A DNA stretch of 63,556 nt, the filler included, from Octopus bimaculoides (lineage: Eukaryota), in NCBI RefSeq assembly GCF_001194135.2. It is 8 parts of 8 records of this genome, joined end to end, with 100 filler letters (N's around TTAATTAATTAA, not from the genome) between each part and the next. Parts side by side here need not be neighbours in the genome. Positions count along the whole stretch, not along the records: positions 1 to 4,985 come from NC_069000.1; positions 5,086 to 13,187 come from NW_026383833.1; positions 13,288 to 33,837 come from NC_068996.1; 5 more parts are not named here. The stretch is one strand, 5' to 3'. Positions 1 to 13,497 of this stretch are shown piece by piece; position 1 is the stretch's first letter; the number at the start of each line of letters is the position of its first letter. The notes beneath the pieces are model-generated. The model was not told where the DNA came from. It was given only the letters and a program-made list of their open reading frames with translations, and ran no database searches. Made by a program: the position numbers and the translations under genes.

Positions 1-41
<41 letters not shown>

Positions 42-104
42 CTGTATATGTATGTGTGTGTGTGTGTGTATATAAATATATGTACGTATATATGTATATA
101 TTAG
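1..104. repeat. (TA)n/(TG)n compound microsatellite
   Basis: Directly visible; representative of dozens of TA/TG/TATG arrays in the window (e.g. 11330-11430, 11960-12620, 15660-15780, 62950-63556). Confidence 0.95.
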
Positions 105-340
105 AAATATACACTTTCTGTTGATTTTGTTATTTTGAAGCATTATAAATTTTTTGACAATATTTTGTAGCAAAATTTATAATTAAAAATAACATTTGTT
201 GAACATTAGCTACATATGCGTATGATGAACGGAAAATATACACTTTGTCTTATTTTACTGATAAGACATGTAGATCACAATTACACCTGAAAAAAAGCCT
301 GTGGTTTTTTTTTTTATTAAACATTCCTAACATATATATC

Positions 341-380
<40 letters not shown>

Positions 381-1689
381 CGTCTCTCAGAAAACATTTT
401 TGGTGTATTGTTTTTATTTCAAACTTGAGAAGATGAAATAATATTTTATATTCGATATTGCGATCTATTTATCATCACATTATAATTGTATATATAATAT
501 TTTCTTTAAATTTACTACTTTAACTACAATTAATATTACCATTATCATCATCATTACTATTATTATTAATATTGTGTTTAGGTCCTTACTATGCATTACC
601 AGGTTTGAAATTCAGAGACCTAATTATTGCTACTCCTACTACGTTAATAATGGAATCTTAATACACGCTTAAGCAGGTGCGACAGCGTGTTTTCTTTTTC
701 TGTTTTCGTAGATTCAATATCATAGTGAGGAAATTCGTAAAAATATTATGAATATTTTGAATTATTATTCATATATTTATTATATTTTCTACTCTTAATT
801 GGAACATCTGTTGTATCCTCAATCCTGTTGTGTGCTGTTGATCGTTTGAGATTTATTATATTTTGTGCAACTGCATGTTTTCTTAAGACTATATTTATTA
901 TTACTATTATTTCATTATATTTATCTATAAATTCGTGTTGTGTTTGTAGTAAGTACAGTCCCATTATAGGTCTTGTCGCTAATATAGTTAATATATTCTC
1001 ATAATCTGTATTTTTGTGATAGTTGATAATATATAAATCCGTCCTATCTACATCTGTTTAAACTTCATACCGAATTTCGCAGCAATGCATAGCAATTTAC
1101 TATATTAAAAAGTTTTTTAATCTGGGATTTTTTAAAAAAGAATTATTTCTATTGAAATATTTAACTTTTCTCTCATTCATTCCGTAATTCTCTTCATGTC
1201 ATCTCCTTTACATTTCACTATCTCATCTCATTTAATCATCGTCTCTCAATCCGAGAATCTCCGACTAAATGGCATTATGTTCCATCTTAATAACAACAGT
1301 AACCTAACTCGTTCCTATACAATCGCAACATAGAATTTTTTAAACTTCGTTTTATAATTTTTTTTTTGTGTATTTTGAAATTCATTTTTTAAAAATTGTT
1401 TTCAGCTTAAAGGAGATTATTCTCATACGAGGCCAAAGCAGTGCGCTGTGCTACATCATAAAGGGAATCCCGTGGCCAGAAACACGCAACACAATCCAAG
1501 AAAGGAGATTGAGAAACTTCTCAGTAGAGCAAACCCGTTCGTTGTATGATATTGATGATTCACGGGAGCATCGGCTGGAAAATATCGAAATGAGAAGAAA
1601 TATCAGTATACGACACAACAACGCTGATACATTATATATCAAATTACACATATATACAAATGTTCATTTATAAATGCCTACTAAAGTAA

Positions 1690-2280
1690 AGAGCAAGAAA
1701 TAGACAAGCAGATTGAAATAAAATAGAAAGTCAAATATTCATTATAAAATGACGATAAGTTGAAAGTTTCGGCTAGGATAATTCATCAAACTAACGCGTT
1801 AATCACATCTCTTGTATCTAATTCTTCATTATCTAATATTACCCTAGGGCTTATTTCGATGATATCTGACGTCTTTCAGCAACGCTAGCGACTGCATATC
1901 ACATTTCTTGTTTAAATACATTAATGTATTGTATAACGTTTACATCAGTGTGAAGAGGTAGACTCTATCATCACGTGATATTTTCAAATGAGAGGAGAAG
2001 GCAACGTATTTAACTTTATAACTTAGCATCATTGTTATAAAATACAATATGCATCTGTTACTGTTTACTGTAGTACTTCTGTGATCTAGCCCAACTGTTG
2101 GCGAAGCACTTTTATCAGTGAATAATGCGTTTTTCTATCGCAAACTTTATATCTATGATAGTACGTAATGTATCCTATCACATTTAAGGCAATATTGTGT
2201 AATCGGAAATAAGAGATTCCTTTGCGTAACAAACCAGCTATTTGCCTAATACATGTTGCGTTTATTTTCGCATCCACAGA
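1690..2280 (-). mobile_element. Possible highly degraded Penelope-like element 3' end
   Basis: Minus strand has a frameshifted 'YTI.C LKCDRIHY' resembling a GIY-YIG Cys motif near 2150-2200, followed by two decayed hammerhead-like strings (CTGAAAGA...GAAAT at ~1844-1870; TTGATGAA...CCGAAAC at ~1765-1792). Weak. Confidence 0.25.
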
Positions 2281-2340
2281 AAGAGCTATCTAATAATAAT
2301 AATAATAATGAAAATAATAATAATAACAATAATCATTTGT

Positions 2341-2548
2341 ATTATAGGCACAAAATCTCAAAATGTTAGTGGAGGGGAATAGTCGATTACATCAATCCCA
2401 CTGTTTCACTAGTACTTAATTTATCGACCCTGTAGGGATGACAGGCAAATTCGATCTCGGGCGGAATATGAACTCGGAACGTAGCGTGAGACGAAATATC
2501 GCTAAACATTTCGCCTGGAGTGCTGATGATTCTGCCATCTTGCCACCT
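2341..2548 (-). mobile_element. tRNA-derived SINE, family A
   Basis: Reverse complement reads GGTGGCAAGATGGCAGAATC...GTTCCGAGTTCATATTCCGCCGAGATCGAATTTGCC...GGGTCGATAAATTAAGTAC, same as copies at 37215, 41882, 42121; B-box-like GAGTTCAAATTC in better copies. Confidence 0.8.
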
Positions 2549-5029
2549 TAAGAATCGTTCCTACTAAAAGCACAAGGCCTGAAATTTTGGGGGAGGGGAC
2601 TAGTAGATTCCTTCGAACAAGGAAATGTAGAGGAGCTACAATGATGCATGTCTCTGGATACAGAAGAGCCTCTAACTGTTATTTACCATAATAAAACTAA
2701 TAATAAATCAACCAGTAATCCCAAGTGAAGAAACCTGATAAATGAAATGAAATTTATAAATCACAAATGAAAATGACATATTTGGAGCATCGATCGTTTA
2801 CAGTAAGAACCCAATGAACGGCAAGCTTTACACGTATTGCTCATTCTGTCACTGTTTCTTGAGGACAGTCACTAGCATCTAGTCAGACAAATCTCAGTAT
2901 TATTATGATTATTAATTTTTTGGAGACAACTGTAGCTGGATCCAGCACTCTCATTCTTATTGTATGTTCAAATATATATTAATACGCCTTCATGTATTTT
3001 TTATGCATGTTTCTAATCATTAGCAATAACAGCGAGTATATCACATTAATATTGCTTTGTTATTACCACTTATAAATTAATACATATTTTATCAATTGAG
3101 AATTACAATGAACAAATACCGAACAAAATTGATTAGAAGAAATACAATTGTATCAGAAATAACATGGTACTGTAAAGGAAATGATGTTATGGTTTATATT
3201 AGTAAATTCACTCCAGATATTAAAAGACAATACACAACATTCTGTTGGATCTATTGTTTCGTTTGTACGGAGTAATTCGTTCAATCGCACTTCAGTCAAA
3301 TATTTCTTTCTTACCAGGTGTATTGCTGAATATTTAATGGAATATTACATATATTATTTTGTATGTATGTGTGCATGTGTGTATGAAGACAGTGGTAAAT
3401 CCTTTGTTATTTAATCAAAAGCGAAAATTCATGTTAGTAAAGGTGTAGGAAGCTTTAAAATATTAACATTTTTTTTATATAATACAAAAATCAAATCACG
3501 AAAACAATTTTAACTGCTACTAAATATCAAAAAGCATTCCTTAATTCTAGATTGTGCAAAACAACAAAACAAAATGAGTTAGTTCAGAGTTTTTCAGCCA
3601 TTGCTTTTTAATACCGTCAATGTTGTAAAATAATTCATTGCCTTAGTCATGCGGGAAAATAAATTAGAAACAAAATAGAAAATACTACAGACAAAAGTAC
3701 GAAAAAGCAATGATACATTTTATATATTCTTAAACATACTTCTTCCCCACTTACAAAATCATATCATGCCTGTAGGCAAACTGTGTTGAAAATCAAACAA
3801 ATATATATATATGTATATATATATGATGTGTATATAAATGTCAGACATTCGTTTTCCTGGTGAGCAGGTTTTAATTTAAAATTGCTCCAAGCATTATTTA
3901 GAAGAGTTATAAATTAAAAGCATAATTTGTCTTTAATATATATTCGTTGTTATTTTTACTGATTTCAGTTATCGAGCTGTTCTTGCACTGAAGCGATATC
4001 TTCAAATATTTAGCCCAGTGCATCGATCCCTCTATTTTTATTATTTGTTTATATATTTCTCTCCCACGATTTTTTTATCGATATCTATTGTCTGAATGGC
4101 TATTATACATAGTTTATACACAGGAATACAAAATTATATCAGTTTGCATTTTCACATTGCAATCAATGTGTGAAATATATCTATTTAATAAACCTAGAGT
4201 AATCAATCTTTATACATCAGCGGCAAATATGGTAAACTACGAGGTTGAAAAACACTGTTTTAGTAGACTGTATTAAAAGCAAAATATTATATTCCAGATC
4301 ACAACAAATAACAAGGATATTTCTGCTTTATAAACTATATATAAGTTATTAAGTCATTATAACCGGGGAGAAAACGGCACAAGACAAGCATTTAACATGA
4401 AATGTTATTTAAAGATATAATTGTTATCATTTCAAATCACAATTTTAGCTATTATAAGTATGTAATCTCTATTTGTGATACAACATTAGAGATTGGCACA
4501 CTGGGTAATATAATTCAATTGCAAAAACTACCTAACATCCTATGTTGTTAAAATTATGTCTTTGCGCTCTGTTTTTAGAGCTGCTAGTAATTAAGGTTGG
4601 TGAGAAAGTATTTATTTAGCTGCAGAAAAAGTATGAGCGGGAATTCTTTATATATAGATGCAATATCATTTGAAAGTTTTCGGCAAATCTCAAATAATGT
4701 AAACGAATGCACTTCAAACTGTCCGATACGAAAAAAAAACATCAAAGGTAAACGACTAGAAAACAAAATATAAACATGAAAACCGTTAAATGGAAACGAT
4801 ATTTCTTTGGAGTTAAAATGTTAAGTTTACAAACAGTTATCAAATTGTATGCAAATGGCGGATACGAAGTTTGAGTATGATGTTTAGGTAGGAAAACAAA
4901 TCAAGAAAGCACAATATGTCACGGATTCAAATATGAATTATGTAAAAAAAAAAAACGCGTAAAAATATCGATGTGCAACTAACTANNNNNNNNNNNNNNN
5001 NNNNNNNNNNNNNNNNNNNNNNNNNNNNN

Positions 5030-5041
5030 TTAATTAATTAA
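5030..5041. other. Assembly gap linker TTAATTAATTAA flanked by 44 N on each side (100-bp spacer)
   Basis: Identical N44-TTAATTAATTAA-N44 block at 5030, 13232, 33882, 36960, 39933, 56967 and 62161; technical, not biological. Confidence 0.95.
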
Positions 5042-5254
5042 NNNNNNNNNNNNNNNNNNNNNNNNNNNNNNNNNNNNNNNNNNNNTATATATATATATAT
5101 ATATTATATTATATATACACGTGTCTATTTATATATATTCATATATAATATGATATATATATATAAACGCATGTGTATATATGTGTGTATGTATATATAT
5201 ATGTGTATATATATATATATTGTCTTTGCATATGAGGGCATATAATAATTGCTT

Positions 5255-5778
5255 TTAGTTATTGTCGTCGTTGTCATCTTCGTCACCTTCTTCATCACTA
5301 TCATGATCATCGTCATGGTGTAGTAGTAGTAGTAGTAGTAGTAGCAGCAGCAGCAGCAGCAGCAGTAGTAGTTGTTGTTGATCTTGTTATTTGTTTTGTC
5401 GTATTTTATAACTTATTTCATTGTTCTTCAACATGTTATTTTTTTACAAAATTTTCAGGAAGTACGTCTGCTCCCTGCTTTTATTCACTCCAGCCTCGAA
5501 TTCATCCTCTTTCCCCCCTTTTTTTCCCTTCATGTCATTCTTATTGTTGTACTACATTCGATTCTTCATTTCTTACTACTGCCAGTTCGGCTGCTGCTAC
5601 TACTACTGCTACTACTACTACTACTGTTGCTGCTGCTACTGCCACTGCTGCTGTGGCAACCAATACCACCGCAACCACCACCATTACTGCTACTACCGCA
5701 ATAGCCACCTCCACTAACACTACGACCACTACCATCACCATCACTGACTCCTCCATTACCAACATCTCCAACACAACA

Positions 5779-5809
<31 letters not shown>

Positions 5810-6080
5810 TTACTACTACTACTGCTACTACTACTAATACTACTACTACTACTGCTGCTGCTACTACAACCACTATCATCACCACTACTTCCACTACTAT
5901 TGTTCTAAAACCACTACTACCAACACCACTATCACTAAACTACTACTACTACTACCACTATTACCACAACCACAATCAATACTAATACCACTAATACTAT
6001 GACCACTACAGTCAGTGCTACTACAACCACTTTTACAACCACCACCACCACCATCAATGCTACTACTACTACTACAATAA
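5255..6080. repeat. Compound trinucleotide tract (TAG/CAG/GTT then CTA/CCA/CTG cryptic repeat)
   Basis: Directly visible; source of the poly-T/V/L/Y ORFs in all frames. Confidence 0.9.
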
Positions 6081-6423
6081 CAATTGTTTCAATTTTGGTA
6101 TTTCTTCCCAACTCGTAATTTCCTCTTCCCTCTCTTCCTCGACTTTTTGTTCCTCTATTTCCTTATCACCGGAACCATCTGCTGCTAGCATCCCCACCAA
6201 TAACTCATCCCGTCTTTATCCCCAACCTAGTCCTTTTTCGCCGTCTTCCCCCTATTTTTTTTCCTGTTCATCATCGTTATTGTTCATTTGGATATCATTC
6301 TCATCAATAAATTTAATTGAAATCGATAACATCGACACCAGTGCGTATAATAATAAAAATAATAATAATAATGATAATTTATTCTTTTATTAGCCACAAG
6401 AGCTCACATAAAATAACGTTAAT

Positions 6424-7007
6424 ATTTCAAATTTCGGTACAAGGCCAACAGTTTTGAAAGGCTAAATCGAGCTCGGCGGAATTTGAACTCGGGACATAAA
6501 GGCGGACGAAATACCGTAAAGTATTTTGCCCTATGAGCTAAATATTCCACCCACCAGCTTGCCGGTTGTAATATCTTCAAATTTACGTACATGCCGAGCA
6601 TTCTTATGGGATAGGAAGGCGATTAAACCCACTTCAGATCTCAACGACCACTTATTTCATTGAACTCGTAACGGTGGAAGGCAAAATCGACGCCGAAGGA
6701 ATATGAATTCAGAACGTATAGAACTTGGAGAGATTCCGTTAAATATTTTGGCTGATTCAATTATGATTTTACTCACTCAAATTAAAATTCTTTCTTATTT
6801 TGGTACAAAACGAGCAGTTTTGTGGAGAGGACAAGTTCATTACTTCGATCTCACTACTTGATATTTACTTTTATTTCAATCGGCATCCAAAAGGTCATAA
6901 GTCAAATTTGACCCCGGTGGCATTTGAACTTAGGACGAAAAGAAACGAATCAAATGCTGCTAAGCATCGTATTGGGTGCGTTCATGATTCTGCCAGCTCG
7001 TCACCTT
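6424..7007 (-). mobile_element. Cluster of three degraded family A SINE copies
   Basis: Repeated GGCGGAATTTGAACTC / GGAATATGAATTC / GGCATTTGAACTT followed by GAAATACC/ATGCTGCTAAGCAT and GATTCTGCCAGCTCG strings at ~6424-6562, ~6620-6770, ~6797-7007. Confidence 0.7.
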
Positions 7008-7788
7008 AGTGTAACAGAAAAATACAAAGTGAAAAGCGAGATGATCGACGCTGAAATAAATTTCATTGTAACTTTTACCGACCAGGTTTGTCCTTGGGCG
7101 AACGTCAAATCACCATTAACGAACGTTGATTTCGATGTAACCATTTCGAAAAAGAAAGATTACAAAGCAACAATAATTGCATCAACGCTCCACTCAACTC
7201 ATTTAGTTTAGCAATGAATGTTCTTTCACAATACTTTCGCATGTTTTACGTATGTAGTTNNNNNNNNNNNNNNNNNNNNNNNNNNNNNNNNNNNNNNNNN
7301 NNNNNNNNNNNNNNNNNNNNNNNNNNNNNNNNNNNNNNNNNNNNNNNNNNNNNNNNNNNNNNNNNNNNNNNNNNNNNNNNNNNNNNNNNNNNNNNNNNNN
7401 NNNNNNNNNNNNNNNNNNNNNNNNNNNNNNNNNNNNNNNNNNNNNNNNNNNNNNNNNNNNNNNNNNNNNNNNNNNNNNNNNNNNNNNNNNNNNNNNNNNN
7501 NNNNNNNNNNNNNNNNNNNNNNNNNNNNNNNNNNNNNNNNNNNNNNNNNNNNNNNNNNNNNNNNNNNNNNNNNNNNNNNNNNNNNNNNNNNNNNNNNNNN
7601 NNNNNNNNNNNNNNNNNNNNNNNNNNNNNNNNNNNNNNNNNNNNNNNNNNNNNNNNNNNNNNNNNNNNNNNNNNNNNNNNNNNNNNNNNNNNNNNNNNNN
7701 NNNNNNNNNNNNNNNNNNNNNNNNNNNNNNNNNNNNNNNNNNNNNNNNNNNNNNNNNNNNNNNNNNNNNNNNNNNNNNNNNNNNNNNN

Positions 7789-7835
<47 letters not shown>

Positions 7836-8035
7836 AAAATAAAAAATCACGACCGAGAAATGCCAAAAAACACGGCAGAACTACTCACAAAAATATCTAG
7901 TAAGTTGTACCATTCTGATTTTGTCTTGGTGAGTTCGATAAACGATCGAAAGAGCTAATAAATAATTGTCCAAAACTCTGACTGCCTTTTTCTCAATATA
8001 CACTATCTGTAGCCTCTTCACCCCGCCTCTCTCTC

Positions 8036-8088
<53 letters not shown>

Positions 8089-8370
8089 TTAAAGTATATT
8101 TATAAATATATAATCATAATTAAAGGCACCGTTTATCTTGAAATGAGATCACCATGACGCGCACATATGGTTGTGATGCATGTGCCTGGTGTACCCTTAT
8201 CAGACGGGTAGTCATGATGGGTATAATGGGCTTCGTATATTTCTGGATATGCGTGCATGTATATTTAAATGTGTGTGTTTGTTTGTTTGTGTGTGTGCGA
8301 GCGTTTTTCTCTCTGCGTGCGTATGTGTATGTGCATGGATAAAATCATATTGACTATATAGAAAGAGATA

Positions 8371-8500
8371 TACGAGGTAGTATCAAAAGGATCCCGGACT
8401 AGGCCCGTGGCTCACCAGTAGAGGACTGCACATGGTTGCGTGCGCAGTGAGAGTTAGTAGTGACCTTCATGAGTCAGTGTGCCGCAGTGAGTGTGTGCGC
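8371..8500 (+). mobile_element. Mariner-type TIR/5' end fragment
   Basis: TA|CGAGGTAGTATCAAAAGGATCCCGGACT resembles mariner TIRs (TA-CGAGG...TCAAAAAGT); no partner end found. Confidence 0.45.
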
Positions 8501-8574
8501 GCAATATGAACCTGTATGTATTGTATGAGTGGGTGCGAAGGTATAATATATGTATAAAGAGAAAGATAAGCAGA

Positions 8575-8755
8575 CGAACAGACAGCTAGATCGATTGATA
8601 TGGGGTGAAGTCAATTACATTGATACCAATCGTCCCCCTGAAAGGATAAATGGCAAACTCGACCACGGCGAAATTTGAACCAGGAACGTATAGTCAAACG
8701 AAATGCTACTAAGCATTTGGCCGGACGTGCTTGTGATTCTGCCGGTTCGTCGCCT
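8575..8755 (-). mobile_element. Family A SINE
   Basis: GGCAAACTCGACCACGGCGAAATTTGAACCAGGAACG...GCTACTAAGCATTTGGCCGGACGTGCTTGTGATTCTGCC matches the reverse of family A. Confidence 0.75.
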
Positions 8756-8840
8756 ACAGATATGTAGATATAAAAATTCATACATGCATATATATAAGCA
8801 CATATTCGAATAAATATGTTTATTAGGTGACATACTCTTT

Positions 8841-9005
8841 TACTTTTTTACTTGTTTCAGTCATTTGACTGTGGCCATGCTGGAGTACCGCCTTTAGTCG
8901 AGCAAATCGACCCCAGGACTTATTCTTTGTATGCCTAGTACTTATATTTTATCGTTTTTGTTTTGCCGAACCGCTAAGTTATGGGCACGTAAACACACCA
9001 GCATC
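8841..9005 (-). mobile_element. SINE family B, 3' part
   Basis: TTTTACTTGTTTCAGTCATTTGACTGTGGCCATGCTGGAG...CCGAACCGCTAAGTTA is the reverse of the tail of the copy at 16442-16857. Confidence 0.85.
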
Positions 9006-10138
9006 GCTTTAAAGTTTTCACTTTATTTTGTAATTTCCTTTTCCACATTTGCTCTTTTCTAATCTTTCCTTGTGGAATATCTCATCTTTTAGTAACTACC
9101 ATTATTATTATTGTTATTATTATTATTATTATTAGTAGTAGTAGTAGTATGAGTGTGTATGTAAATATGCATATATATGTTGTTAACGTAATGCCCCCTC
9201 CCATGACACAAAAGATATATATATATTAGCTCGAAACGTCATCGACTTTCTCTATTCCCGAGCGTTAAACTAATACATCCATTTGTTGTTTTTTTCGTAA
9301 ATTCTCCCACACACACACACATATATATATATACCGAGTCTCAATGAACTTGTTATGGTACCTGTGTTCACGAAATATACCAAACATTAGCCTTATTCAA
9401 AATATTGCATTTGAAAAAGGCCCTTACTTCTGACCATGTGATAGTACACTGTAACAGCGTTGCCAGCTAATAAATGTCTGAACACAATCGTTGGCCACAA
9501 CGCACTCATTTGGCACGAATCTATGTAAAGCCAAGTGGATCACAATTATATACAACCTAACGGTTGTTGACTGGTCTCTTTCATTTCTCCCCGTATCAAA
9601 ATGTCTTGGCAGGTATTTGATGATATTGTTACCCATCGCAACCCATCACAACTGTCGACCAAAAATAAATGCAAGCTCGTAAAAAAAAAAAAAGATACTT
9701 AAAAAGAAAACACTTACCGGCAGAATCAAGAGAGTTTACAAAAATCTCAATCAGTTAAAATGATGCCATTGCCAGCCGCATCATCAGCGGAGGCTGCAAC
9801 CATTTTCGAGTGGCAGACGAAATTAGATCTGTTAAATTTGGTATATTGAATAAGTGTATAAACTTGTGTTCACTGTTGGAACAGGAAGCAATTAACAGCA
9901 GCCTCGATAAAACGTTAATGCACGTTGAAACTATACAAGAACTATGCTTGTACGTGTGTGTGTATATTTACATCTTTCTATATGTGTGTGTGTGTGTGTG
10001 CGTGCGTGTGTTTCTATATCCATCCTTGTCTTTCTCTGAATTATTGTCTCTGTATGTAAGTATGTATATATTCTCTTTAGTATAGGTATGTATGAGTGTA
10101 TATATATATATATACATATATGCATACTTTATACATAC

Positions 10139-10172
<34 letters not shown>

Positions 10173-10174
10173 TA

Positions 10175-10358
10175 GACAGCGGCTATGGGACACCAGTCCG
10201 TCGCAGGATTACTTATTTTTGCCTGCCGATTGGACTGGAGCAACGTGAAACGATGTGTTTTGCTCGAGAACACAACGCATCACTCGGTCCAGGAATCGAA
10301 ACCACAATCTTACGATAATGATGCTGACAGCCTAGCCACTAGGCCACGCGACTCCACA
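10175..10358 (-). mobile_element. tRNA-derived SINE family C (CORE/V-like body)
   Basis: Minus strand: GTGGAGTCGCGTGGCCTAGTGGCTAGG (A-box-like)...GGTTTCGATTCCTGG (B-box-like)...GTGTTCTCGAGCAAAACAC...CTGCGACGGACTGGTGTCCC. Confidence 0.75.
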
Positions 10359-11327
10359 GTTGAGCACTAGGTTTGATATATGAAGATAAATAAGTAAAAT
10401 AAAGATATATACTAAGAAATTCTGGTGACTTAGAAACATCGCTTCAAAGGATAACACCATACATACATATATACATACATACATACGTGTGTGTGTGTGT
10501 GTATGAGTGTATGTGTATATATATATACATACATACATACATACATACGTACTCTAGACACCAAAGCAGTTTTGGTTATATATCATTCACCAGTTTGTAT
10601 TTTTTTTAATTTTAAGTTTGTCACTCTGTATGTTTCTGCTCTGCAAATCTTTTGTTTTAAAATGAGGTTTATGGATTTGAGAAATATTGTAACTTTTCAA
10701 ACAATATACATTGTACTTCGTCTATTATTAGTCTTCTTATCAAAATCTTTACCGAAACAATGGTGATTTCGCTACGATTACAGAGCCAGTGGTTATATTT
10801 GAAATTAACGGAAGAATACAACGGAACTGTTCCATTGAATATCCTCCAATCTGTTGTTATCATAGATATATTAGTGTAATACCAAGTCATTTATAATTGT
10901 GTTTGTATCGTTATAGAAGCCCAATATTCGTGGTTTACATTGTTCTAATTGTATGGATATATATGTGTCTGTGCGCGTGTGTGTTTGTGTTTCTGTGTGT
11001 AGTATTTTTGTGTACGTATATATATGTATATATATATATGTATATATGTGTGTGTGTGTGTGTAATATGTATTAGCGTTTATATGTATATATGTGTATAA
11101 GATACCGGTGTACGTACTAATATATATGCAGTACGTACACCGATATATATGTACGTTGAAGACGTCTGTATGTGTATTGCATGTTCATGCGTGTATGTTT
11201 ATATATCATGCATGCATATACGTGTGTTTATGTGTGTATACATGTAGGTATGTAAGTATGTACACAGACACAGACACACATGTATATATACATGTTTTTC
11301 TCATCATCAACACATTGTAGAGATATC

Positions 11328-11421
<94 letters not shown>

Positions 11422-11957
11422 TACATACATAGAGAGAGAGAGAGAAAGAAAGAAATAAAGAAAGAAAGAGAGAGAGAAAGGGATAGATAGATAGGAAGAT
11501 ATATACATACATAAATACATTCACACATGCATAAACACATACATGCACGACTTAACGCACTCACACCCCCCCCACACGCATGCGCGTATGATCACACAGC
11601 GCCGAGATAAGATCAGACTGGCAGGTTTGTGACAAAAACCAAAGTAAAACAAAAACCGAGATATTGTAAAAGATATTAGGCAGGCGTTTAGCAAGGGAGT
11701 TAACTCTTCATCTCTCACCAGCAGCGCAGCTGGTGACATTTTTTCCATCGTCCCCAACCTTGCTCTAACGTGGATATTACATTTAGCAATCTACTATATT
11801 ACATTTTACACTATGTATTCTGTCTTCCATGATAGCATGCCTCATATTTTGCTATTACATCATTTCACACAGATAATGTCACGCACATACGCACGCTAGG
11901 AGGCACGTACGTATACACACATACGCTGACATAGATATGCATGTATGTATGCATGTA

Positions 11958-11991
<34 letters not shown>

Positions 11992-12072
11992 GCATGTGTA
12001 AGTGTATATGTGTGTGTATATATATATATATATGACTATATATATCAATATATATGCGGATATATATATGAA

Positions 12073-12108
<36 letters not shown>

Positions 12109-12340
12109 TATATACATATATGTGTGTGTATATATATGCATATATGTATATATATGTTTATACATATATATTCATATATATATATATATACACATATATA
12201 TACACATATATGTGTATACATATATATATATATATATACATATCTCTCTCTCTATATATATATATACATATCTATANNNNNNNNNNATATATATACATAT
12301 CTATATACATATATATATATATGCATATACATATATATAC

Positions 12341-12377
<37 letters not shown>

Positions 12378-12459
12378 CATATATATATACATACACATGT
12401 ATATATATATATGCACAACAGAACATGCATCATACACATGTATTGTTCGCATGTGTGCT

Positions 12460-12493
<34 letters not shown>

Positions 12494-12558
12494 CACGTAT
12501 ATGCACACACATAAGCATTTACTTATATATCTCTGTGTATATATATGTTTATATATAT

Positions 12559-12620
<62 letters not shown>

Positions 12621-13009
12621 AGAGAGAGAGAGATAATATAGAGACCCACTTATACACATATATGCTCGTACCTGTTTTGCTCATGTATATGCGTCTGCTT
12701 GTGTGTATACATCTAAATATATTCCTACGTGTCCGTATCCTATTAACACTAATATCTGACTAATCGAATCATATGATCACTTGTCAGTGATTTGGTGTGA
12801 AGACATCCGCGTGGAATCCATGTTTGATTGTCGTCTGCACATATTTCTCTCTGCACAATTATATATTCTGTGTGTGGACTCTATCATGAGCGTATAAATT
12901 TCTACAAGTCCAACGATAAATCTATGGCAAAGATAAATTTATACACATCCACATACACACACGCAAACAAGCATTTATAAGCAGTCCCTTTCTATACATT
13001 AACATGTTG

Positions 13010-13145
13010 AGATAGGACCTATATCCACGTGGTTCAGTCCCACTGCGTGGCACCTTGGGCAAGTGTCTTCTACTATAGCTTCGGGCCGACCAAAGCCTTG
13101 TGAGTGGATTTGGTAGATGGAAACTGAAAGAAGCCTGTCGTATAT
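13010..13145 (+). mobile_element. SINE family B, head/core part
   Basis: GGTTCAGTCCCACTGCGTGGCACCTTGGGCAAGTGTCTTCTACTATAGC...GGAAACTGAAAGAAGCCTGTCGTATAT. Confidence 0.85.
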
Positions 13146-13148
13146 ATG

Positions 13149-13187
<39 letters not shown>

Positions 13188-13287
13188 NNNNNNNNNNNNN
13201 NNNNNNNNNNNNNNNNNNNNNNNNNNNNNNNTTAATTAATTAANNNNNNNNNNNNNNNNNNNNNNNNNNNNNNNNNNNNNNNNNNNN

Positions 13288-13333
<46 letters not shown>

Positions 13334-13335
<2 letters not shown>

Positions 13336-13497
13336 GACAGATTTCTTCCGGTTTCCGTCTACCAAACCCGCTCACAAGGCGTTGGTCGGCCGAGGTTATA
13401 GTAGAACACACTTTCTCAAGGTGCCATGCAATGAGACTAGACCGAAACCATATGGGTGGTAGGCAATCTTCTTACCGTACAGCCAAACCTGCGCCTA
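13334..13497 (-). mobile_element. SINE family B, head/core part
   Basis: Reverse complement of the family B head (TAGGCGCAGGTTTGGCTGTACGGTAAG...CACCTTGAGAAAGTGTGTTCTACTATAACC). Confidence 0.8.

Noticed and set aside
1368-1673. ORF with QERRL..REHRLE resembling Helitron Rep N-terminal repeats
   Set aside because: Short compositional resemblance only; no Rep or helicase motif or termini nearby.
5125-5985. Thr/Val/Leu/Tyr-rich ORFs (mucin-like)
   Set aside because: Open in several frames on both strands because of trinucleotide repeats; no splice or domain evidence.
7203-7958. Long ORFs containing X runs (also 22591-23715, 43170-43611, 45030-46266, 48326-49552, 53870-54634, 60673-61254)
   Set aside because: Length comes from N gaps; only the R4 N-terminus at 23507-23764 is meaningful.
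11521-11757. Minus ORF MGTMEKMSPAALL...
   Set aside because: No recognisable domain, runs into a TG microsatellite, no clear donor site.
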